Below, in pieces: positions 55,930 through 64,000 of a stretch of 64,000 nucleotides of DNA. The stretch is from Plasmodiophora brassicae. Taxonomy: Eukaryota. The notes under the pieces were generated by a model. It was given only the letters and a program-made list of their open reading frames with translations. It was not told where the DNA came from and did no database searches. Within the stretch, counting starts at the first letter, position 1. Every line of letters starts with the position of its first letter. Location of the stretch: the NCBI GenBank assembly GCA_036867785.1, contig CP145414.1:744001-808000 (forward strand). The letters run 5' to 3'. Both the position numbers and the translations under genes were made by a program.

Positions 55930-56032
55930 GACCACCGTCACTCGCCGGGTCGTCCACTACTACAGATATCTCGCGCGGGCAGCCTGTATCTGGCACACGC
56001 ATTCGAGAATCTGTGGAGTATCCTACATTCCG

Positions 56033-56648
56033 TCATGCGCGCCCATCCCATGCAGTAGGCTCTTCCGGCCGCTCGCAATAGTCGCCAATGACTTTGGCGA
56101 GGAACAGTCGAGCGCACCAGCGACCGAGTTTGTATCCAGCGTTCGGCAGCAGTCCGCATCGTTGAAACCCAACGGATTCATGCAGGGCGACGCTACCCTA
56201 TCGAACCCACATTTAACACAGAGTAGAAACCTATGTACACAGACAGGCGGCCGCCTACTGGGTTTGGCAGAGCTGTCGTAGCAGTCACCGTCTTGTATCC
56301 CAGCTTAGCCAGGACGGGTAATAACCGCTCGTAGAAGCGTCGGCCAAGTCCTTGCCGCTGAGCGCGCTCGCTAATGTAGATCGAACATTCTATCGTCCAG
56401 CGATACGATGGACGCGGGCGATACGGTGCCGCATACGCATACCCGACAATGGCGTCGCTGTCGTCACTGTCCACGGCAACGTACCACGGCGTCGCCAGGC
56501 GCCCCATGCGTTCCGCGATGACGGCCGGCGACGGCGCCGTCTCCTCGAACGTCACATGCGTACTCTCGACGAACGGGGCATAGACCGCCGCGATCCCGTC
56601 CGCATCAGCGGGCGTCGCCGGGCGAATCACGAACGGTCCGCGACTCAT
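56033..56648 (-). CDS. GNAT N-acetyltransferase, phosphinothricin/methionine-sulfoximine acetyltransferase (Pat/YncA)-like
   Basis: 'IRPAT.AD...IAAVY...THVTFEE', 'GYAYAAPYRPRPSYRWTIECSIYI...QRQGLG', intron, then 'PNPGSVALHESVGFQRCG....GYKLGRW'. Confidence 0.9.
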
Positions 56649-56861
56649 TGCGCTGCTCCCCAGTCGATAAGACGACGCGACGGATTACTCCACTGTTCAG
56701 GCCCGACTTTGGCGCGTCACGTTCGGCGAACTGGTCAACCCGGATCCGTCGCCCCAGGGCCGGGCGTGACGTGCAGAGCCGCAAAAATAGACCTGGAAAA
56801 GGTGGCGGTGGTCGGTCCCCGGCGAACAGCAATCAGAGAGTGCGACGCGACTTCAGGTTTG

Positions 56862-59081
56862 ATGGCGGTGATGGGGCGGCGGCGGGCCGTGGCATGGGGT
56901 GTGGCGATCGTCGCCTTGCTGCTGGCCATTGCGGCCGGGCGGAAGCCGAATATGTATGACCTGCCGACGAAGCTGTGCGAATGGGACGATATAGGGCTGT
57001 CCGGTTACATGAGCACGGGTTCGCGCGTCGTGGCGTTCGGCGATTTCAACAGCGATAAGAAGTCGGTGCCGACATGGATTCGCCGCGGTCGCACACGACT
57101 TATCTGGTGAACACCTGCATAGTCTTGACTTGTTCGTTGTGACCGGCGATTTGCAACACGTCAACGTGTTCATCTGGAATGCAGGTGCGTCCGCCGCATA
57201 CGTGCTGTCCGGGGCCGTTTCCTAAGGCTGCCTTGCACAGCAATGTACAGGTTCGACCTGCAATCATCCCTGTCAATATCGATCGTGGATGACAAGTCTG
57301 TGTCGGGGACGATAACGTCTGTTGTGCCTGGCGATTTCAATTACGACGGTCACCTGGACGTTCTGGTTCAGGGTCGGTACTCGACTGACAAGAGCTACTG
57401 GGCCAAGATATTCACCGGTAGCATCTCGGATATGACGTTCACGGAAATGCCTCAAACCCGTTCGTGTCCATCTCACGCTTTCGAGTTCCACTCCATGGCT
57501 GACTCACGTTGCACCCAGTGAAGAGCGACGAAGAGCTGCTAGTGTTCGACTACAATGGGGACATGCAGTTGGACCTGTTCGGCTTCGCTGGTGGCGTCCG
57601 AACCGTTTGGGTTAACGACGGCAAGGGCGACTTTGTCAGCAGGACAAATATTTCCGAAATGATTGGGAAAGCGAACGGAGCGAACCCAAACGGGCGTGCT
57701 CACGCGTCGGTAGACCTCAACGGGGACTGCTTTGCTGACCTTGTTGTCGCCACGGTTGACGGAAGCGGGACGCCGGTCCTCGAGGTATGGCCTGCTCATG
57801 ATTAGTCGATATGGACCGCTGACAGAATCTCGCAGGTCTACGTCTGGAACAATGGTGCGCGAAAGTTCCAGTACTCCCAGTCTGTCGTGCTAGCGCCGAC
57901 CAGCGGCCCCGTTACGTTCGCCGACGCTGACGTGGATGGCAACATTGACATCATTTACACGATGAACAACGGGGCGGACATTGCGACCCACTACAACGTC
58001 CAGATGGGCCTGTGCGAATCGTCATCGGCCACGAACTGTCGTTCGTCTGACAATCTTTGTGTTGCGGACCCCGGGTTCTCCTTTGTATCATACGACCATC
58101 GCTCAAAGGGAAACGTGGCCGTTAGCTCGTTGAACGAGCGCGCTCTATCCAATGCTCGCATCCATGTCGGTGATATAAATGCCGATGGCGTACCCGAGCT
58201 TCTCATCACGCTCGCGTCCGGCGTTGTGTCTATGTTCGGGACGTCCGCTGGATCGCGCAATGGGTTTGCTCCTGTGGCAGACCCCCGGATCCAACAACCT
58301 ATTCAAAGCATCCAGAACGCTGTCCTAGGCACGTTCTTTGACGTCAACGAAGACGGTACTGCCCATTATTGTTTCGAACGCAAGGTCTGGAGTACATGGT
58401 GAACCGTGAACCCTATGTAGGCATCATGGACGTCATGGTCATGGACCAGTCGACAGCACCCGTCAAGTTCTTCATTAACAACCTCAACGAGGACACCTTC
58501 TTCTTCAAGACGCTCGTCAGCAACGGCGTCTGCCCTGAATGGTGCGACGACAGCAGGTGGCCGGAACGGTTCCCATCGCCGAAACCCTACGGCGTCAGCC
58601 AGCCGGGGACCGTTGTGAAGTTCATTGTCACCGACACGGGCGGCGTGAACCGAATCCGGTGCGGGGGGCAACTGTACCAGTCGTCATACCAATCCCTGCA
58701 ACTGCCGTACGCGTTCATCGGCCTCGGCAGGACATTCTCGTACATCGTACAGTTCAGTGTCGGCATCTCGGCAGGTAGGAGAGCGCGCCCATTCGACCAT
58801 GTGCGTCCGCAGCGCGCTGAGGGGCACCGACAGGCTACATTGGCACCTGGTCGACCATGATCCCCAATTCGCAGCTGGTGGTCTTCCCGTCGCCAGCGTC
58901 CGACCCGGGCCGATGGGTTGTCGAACTGTTCCTGTTGCCGTCGTCGAATTTCCTCTGGGTGTTCATCTCCGTCCTGGTCACGAGCATCGCCCTAGCGGCG
59001 GCGATCGTCATCATGCACTGGCGGCACCTGAAGGCCGACATGCTCGAGCAGAGGAAAGCGGAGCATTTCTTCACCTTCTAA
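56862..59081 (+). CDS. ITFG1: ITFG1/LINKIN FG-GAP repeat membrane protein
   Basis: Signal peptide, 'AFGDFNSDK', 'PGDFNYDGHLDVL', 'QLYQSSYQSLQLPY..IGLGRT', 'IPNSQLVV.P', then TM and 'HFFTF'. Confidence 0.92.
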
Positions 59082-59193
59082 ACTATGCGCCCGATCATAC
59101 GTACGCTTCGACCACAGCGTCACTGTCAGGCGGTGCCCATCTGGTGGCCGTTACAGCTGGCTGGGGGCAGTCGTCGTCGTCGTCGCCGAGGCC

Positions 59194-61149
59194 ATGTCTG
59201 GGACGGGGTCACCAGCGGACGTGTCGGCCGGGGCGCCCGACGCCAGGTTCGGTTCGGGACGGCCGACGTCCGAGCCATCGCCGCCTGATGCGATGGGCGC
59301 CAGCGTCATCGACCATGCCGACCTGCAGCGCATCATGGGCAAGCTGGCCGATGCCGAAACGCAGGCCCAGGCAGTAGGTACCCCCCGGATGGGCCACGTG
59401 GACGTCGACGCGCCAACACGTTTGCTGTCTGGATTAATAGCTTCGCGACGAGGTCACGTCCGTTCGCGCGCTGGAATCCAACTACCGGGCCACGATACTC
59501 GGTGAGTGTCACAGCGATCGGTCCACTGGCGACCTGCGACTGACGACCTGCGGCCAGGGCAGGAGCAGAAGCTGATTCGCCTGAGCAAGGCATGCTGGAC
59601 GACCCTCGCACGGGGATGGGGCGCTCTGACGGTCCACGTTTAGGAGCTGTCAGGCGCGCGGGCATCGCAGGACGAGCTGTCGCAGGCGAGAGCCAGGATC
59701 GATGACTTGACACGCGAGAACGCCGGCTTGCGCGAACAGGTCTCGGCGGCCAGTGACGAGCACAGAGCCGTGGTGAACTCGTACGACGACGAAATCGCTA
59801 GGCTCAAGTACGTGTCGCGGACGTCGGGACTGACATGCACAGTCGCTAAACGACGTCTGTGTGCCCATCCAGCCGGCAGGTCGAGGCGAGCGACGTGCGC
59901 TGGCGCAGCGAGCTGGCGACCGTGCGGACCGACCTGGCCCATAAGCGACGGGAGACCAGCGAGAAGATTCGGGTCTATGAAGAGGCCACATCCGCACAGA
60001 ACGACATATCTGCACGAATCAGGTACGTGTGTGCCGGCGTCCTGCACGATTGATGACCACGCGTCCCGACCTGATTGTCGCAGGGAGAAATCACAGGCCG
60101 CCATCGACGAGCTGCGTCAGGAGATCGACAATCGGGAGCGTCAGGAGGCGGCGCTACGAATGCAGCTGGACGCGGCCCTCGTTGGCCGGAAGGCACTCGC
60201 CGACGACCTCGACAAGGTCAAGGAGGAACTTGAGCAGGTCCGTTCGTGGACTCGATCGATGCGGGCTCCTCCCTGCCATTCACCAGTGGCATAGGTTCGC
60301 GGCGAAGCGCAGGAGCACCGGATACAGCGCGCCATCGAAGCTCGCAAGCAGGTGCGCCTGATAGCCGACCTGCGCAATCAGCTTCGCCGGCAGACGCTGT
60401 CCACAGCTCGCCTGCAGCAGCAGCTTCAGTTCGTCACTGCCAGCGATCATTCCCCAGCGGCCAGCGACGCTCGTTCGATAGAAGGCGACCGTCAAACAAT
60501 CTGTAATGCAGGTCAGCTGTATCACCAGCGACGATCCTGTTCTGACGAGTCGTCGTGCGGACAGGTTCGGACGTTGCCGATACCGATCTGTCGGCGACGT
60601 TGCCAGCGTCGCCTTCGCTCATGTCGACGATCCACCCTGACGAACCGTCCGTTCTTCGGGAATGTAACGCCAGCCTGATCGACAAGCTGGCCAGCAGTCA
60701 GGATCAGATCGCGACGTTGAAGAAACAGGTCCTCTCGACAGGTTGCGCTTGCGTGCGGCTGCTGAACGTGACGATTGTTCCGGGCAGTTGTCGACGACGA
60801 AGCACGCTCTGGCACGAAGCCGCGGCGAAGTCAATAACTATATACGGCGGGTGCAATCCGGCGCGTTAACACTGGCCCCAGCGGACAAGATGCCGTCCAA
60901 ATCTCTGAACGTATGCGCGTCTCTGGACGGGGGGCAGACGGTGACGCGCGCATGGTAACCTCTCCCCATGGGCAGGGTGTGGCTTGGTCCAATGCGTCCG
61001 AGCGCGTCGACCTGTTCCGGCGCATGGAGCTGGTCCTGCAGGAAACCACGTTGCAGAACTCGATCCTGACGGAAGAGAAGGCCGCCCTGGGCCGCAAGAT
61101 CCTGGAGCTGACCGCGAACGCCAACGCTAGCGAACGGCCCATCGCATAA
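59194..61149 (+). CDS. Uncharacterised coiled-coil protein, multi-exon
   Basis: Heptad-rich exon fragments separated by short GT-AG introns. Confidence 0.6.
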
Positions 61150-61423
61150 AGCAGGTCGTGTCTCATACGCGTGTCGAACGAAAGAGCGAGTGTGCCCAGG
61201 TCGAAGAGCCAGTGAATCTCGGGGCACGCGTCAGGTACACGCAGGCCTACCTGGCAGATATGAGGAACGGAAGATATTCCCGCCGAATGATTGATGACTA
61301 CCACGTTCGATCGTTAGTCGACACAGGGGGGCGCGCCTGCCACCGCGTCGAAATCTCGTCCGGCCGATATCGCCACAGTGCTCTTTGGGCAACCGCGACC
61401 GCGTCTCGTTATCTGGCTGTCGA

Positions 61424-61831
61424 ATGTCGCAGAACATGGACCAGCGTCCCGAGGCGCCCGGTTCAGGGCCGACCGCCTTCTCCCCGTGGCGTCGCCCTGA
61501 ACCGAAACCGGGCGCTGTCGTCGCCAGCGTGGTCCCGCCCGAGCTCTACCACGAGGCGACCGCGGCAATGGGCCGGGTTCGCGCCGTACGACTCGCCCTG
61601 GACGACATGTTCAGGAAAGCGGAGCTGTGCACCGACCTGTCCGACGGCGACATGATCGTCGTGCAGGACCTGTTCCGGGAGGCGCAGGGCGTTGCTACCG
61701 TCCCCGTTAGCCGGCACGACCTGGCCAGCACCGCCCGCGTCTGCTACATGCAGAGCGACTGGCTCCATCGCATCCAGTTGCACCTCCAGCACGTCCTGAG
61801 GAACAAGCAGGCGCGAGCGCACCAACGCTGA
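61424..61831 (+). CDS. Small hypothetical protein
   Basis: ORF with strong GC3 codon bias and helical content. No family recognised. Confidence 0.5.
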   Translation: MSQNMDQRPEAPGSGPTAFSPWRRPEPKPGAVVASVVPPELYHEATAAMGRVRAVRLALDDMFRKAELCTDLSDGDMIVVQDLFREAQGVATVPVSRHDLASTARVCYMQSDWLHRIQLHLQHVLRNKQARAHQR

Positions 61832-62282
61832 CTGGTGGCGCCATACGAACCCATCGTCGGTGGGCGATGCCGTTCGTACACACCTGTACAGATCAATGAA
61901 CAGCCGAACGGCCAGCATGCGTCCGACAAACATCGTCTGACGTCTCCGACGCCAGCGAGCGTCGCCCGCATCATCGAGCTATCGGTACACACGCGACGAT
62001 TCGGCGTCGACCCACAGTGGTATCTGCCGACGAGATACCGGTTCGGGGGAGTCAGCGATTCTGTCAGCGGGGTCGCACCTGCAACCGCTCGTGATGGTTC
62101 AGAGGGGGGCCGCCGGCGCCCGCCGCGGGTCGTCAACGGCCCCTGGGACCGAACCTGCCAATTAGGGCGGCCGACTCGCATGTGAACGTGTTGCTCCCAA
62201 CCCGGGGGGGACGACGACCAACATGCGCGCTGTGCCGCTTCGATACATTTATATGACAGAGGGAGGGGGGCAGCAGCGCGGG

Positions 62283-63146
62283 TCACCAGTTCGTGATCCA
62301 GGACATGATCCTGTTGCACCAGCCGTCATCGGGCCTGGGCCGGTCCAGCTCGGCGGATCCGCCGTATCGGCGCAGGGCGGCCGCGGACGCGTTCCTGGCA
62401 GCGGCGACGGGCCGACGGGACAGGATCGCTCCTCTGGTAACGTCCATCTGGAGGTGCATGTTGTCGACGGCCGACGCGGGCTTGACGCCGATCATGAACG
62501 GCGCCGCCCCCGGGATTTGCACGACCTTGCCGTCCTGCTGCAGGGCCTGGTCGGCGGCGATCCGCGTCGTGTACTCGAGGCGGACCCAGTTGCCATGGCC
62601 GATGCTGTGCGACACGACGACGCCGTACGATTCGAACTGGTCAATGATGGGGTTGGCGGACCCGGGCGGGAATCCGAACACGAGGACGGCATTGCTAGCC
62701 GGCGGCGCCTGTACTAGCAGCGGTCGTGGAAACGCGGGCGGCGCCGGGGCACGAATCGGCGACAGCAGCGCAGAGATCTCCATCTGGTTCGAGCTGGACT
62801 GCCGGTCATCACAGGGCATCGACGCGGAATGCTCGAACAGGATCGAATCGCGACCGCCGATCGGAGGTAGGTCGGGCTCCAGGACGGGCGGCGCGCCTCG
62901 CATCGTTCTCAGCAGGTCCCGGTCGTCATGGTCCGCGCGCCCAGGCGCCGAATAGTACGAGTCGCGTTGTGGCGTGGACACCGGCGCGTACGCATTCGCC
63001 GCTCCCAACGACGTCGACGGGGACGGCCCAGGCGACGACAGCAGATGCGAATGCCGCCTGGACGACGGCTGAGCGTCGGCCTGCGCCGTCGCCTTGCCGA
63101 ACGTCCAGTACGAGTTGTCGACCGGCTCCGCCCCTCGCAGCGTCAT
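62283..63146 (-). CDS. NUP35: Nucleoporin NUP35/Nup53
   Basis: MPPN-type RRM 'VLVFGFPP...FESYG...GNWVRLEY...ALQQDG...MIGVKP' and C-terminal amphipathic 'WCNRIMSWITNW'. Confidence 0.9.
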   Translation of the reverse strand: MTLRGAEPVDNSYWTFGKATAQADAQPSSRRHSHLLSSPGPSPSTSLGAANAYAPVSTPQRDSYYSAPGRADHDDRDLLRTMRGAPPVLEPDLPPIGGRDSILFEHSASMPCDDRQSSSNQMEISALLSPIRAPAPPAFPRPLLVQAPPASNAVLVFGFPPGSANPIIDQFESYGVVVSHSIGHGNWVRLEYTTRIAADQALQQDGKVVQIPGAAPFMIGVKPASAVDNMHLQMDVTRGAILSRRPVAAARNASAAALRRYGGSAELDRPRPDDGWCNRIMSWITNW

Positions 63147-63524
63147 CGCGGCAGGCCGCCGCCACGCAGATTCAGAAATAACGACGACTGTCCAGGTCGA
63201 CCAGCGAGAGTCTCAGGCGTCTGCCCGGCGGTAACGCACGAGGGTCACCTGGCACCCCCCTGTCGAGTCGCGCCGCTATCGACCGGCCATCGACGCGACT
63301 GCAAAACCGGGTCGTCGTTCCTCGGCGTACCTTCACTGGAGACCCGCCGGCTGAGACCATCGTTGTGCGATATTCATAGGAGCAATTGTGCAGCACGTTG
63401 TCGATGCAGGCCCGGATGGTGTGTCGGAAGTAGAGCGCCTCCTGTACCTGCGTGATGAGACGTTGGGCGACGCATCGTGTGTGCGTCACGCAGTCCCGCG
63501 CGTACGTTGCTGCAAGTCGCGCGG

Positions 63525-64000
63525 ATGATGGCGTCGTCGATGCGTCGCGGGCTGCTGCGCCTGTCGTCCCGGGCGCGACGTCTGCCGTCGCGGGTGCGTC
63601 TGATGACGACAGCGTCGGGGTCGGACGATGACTTCAAGCCAGTCTGGAAGGAGCCTGCCCCGCCTTTGGACCCGGAGACTGGCGTTCTGCGGTTCACGCA
63701 GGAACCGGCAGTGGACGTCATTAAGAAGGATATCACGTCGTCCGAGGTGTTCCTGTACATGAAGGGCACGCCCGAGGCTCCTCAGTGCGGATTCTCCCAC
63801 CAGGTCGTCGCGATTCTGCAGCACTATGGTCAGGGTTCACCCGTCCTTCACCTCTGGCCGAGCTGATCAAACGTACAGGGGTGCCGTTCAAGAGTCGCAA
63901 TATCCTGGAGTATCCAGCCATTCGTGAAGAGATCAAGAGATTCAGGTACGATATCAGGTCATGGTACCGTGCGGTGACTGAATTGGCTCCTGCTCCAAAG
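63525..64000 (+). CDS. GLRX5: Mitochondrial monothiol glutaredoxin, 3'-truncated by window edge
   Basis: Arg-rich presequence and 'FLYMKGTPEAPQCGFS...IREEIKRF'. Confidence 0.93.

Overview
This is a gene-dense, GC-rich eukaryotic (protist) window with many short (~50-70 nt) GT-AG introns. The style and a flagellar gene (DRC2) suggest a Phytomyxea/Plasmodiophora-like genome, which is an unverified inference. About 30 genes are supported. Most are housekeeping: DRC2, OLA1/YchF, cardiolipin synthase, eIF4B, ETFDH, BRE1, NHX/NHE8, IST1, RPC2, BROX, SEL1L, NOP16, epsin, RPL38, ITFG1, NUP35 and GLRX5. Accessory-looking elements are: (i) a Penelope-like retroelement RT relic with a fold-back junction at 7.2-7.4 kb; (ii) a higher-order 7/21-mer repeat in a divergent promoter at 16.5 kb; (iii) a DOMON-ferric reductase fusion; (iv) a membrane-anchored minimal USP-like protein; (v) two paralogous C2H2 zinc-finger genes; (vi) a ~24-repeat heptatricopeptide protein with a degenerate RAP domain; (vii) a PAT-like GNAT acetyltransferase; and (viii) an island at 46.6-51.4 kb where two paralogous secreted/surface protein genes flank an inverted triplication of a broken unknown ORF with a templated junction insert. 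Exon boundaries were read by eye, so gene coordinates are approximate. No database searches were run.
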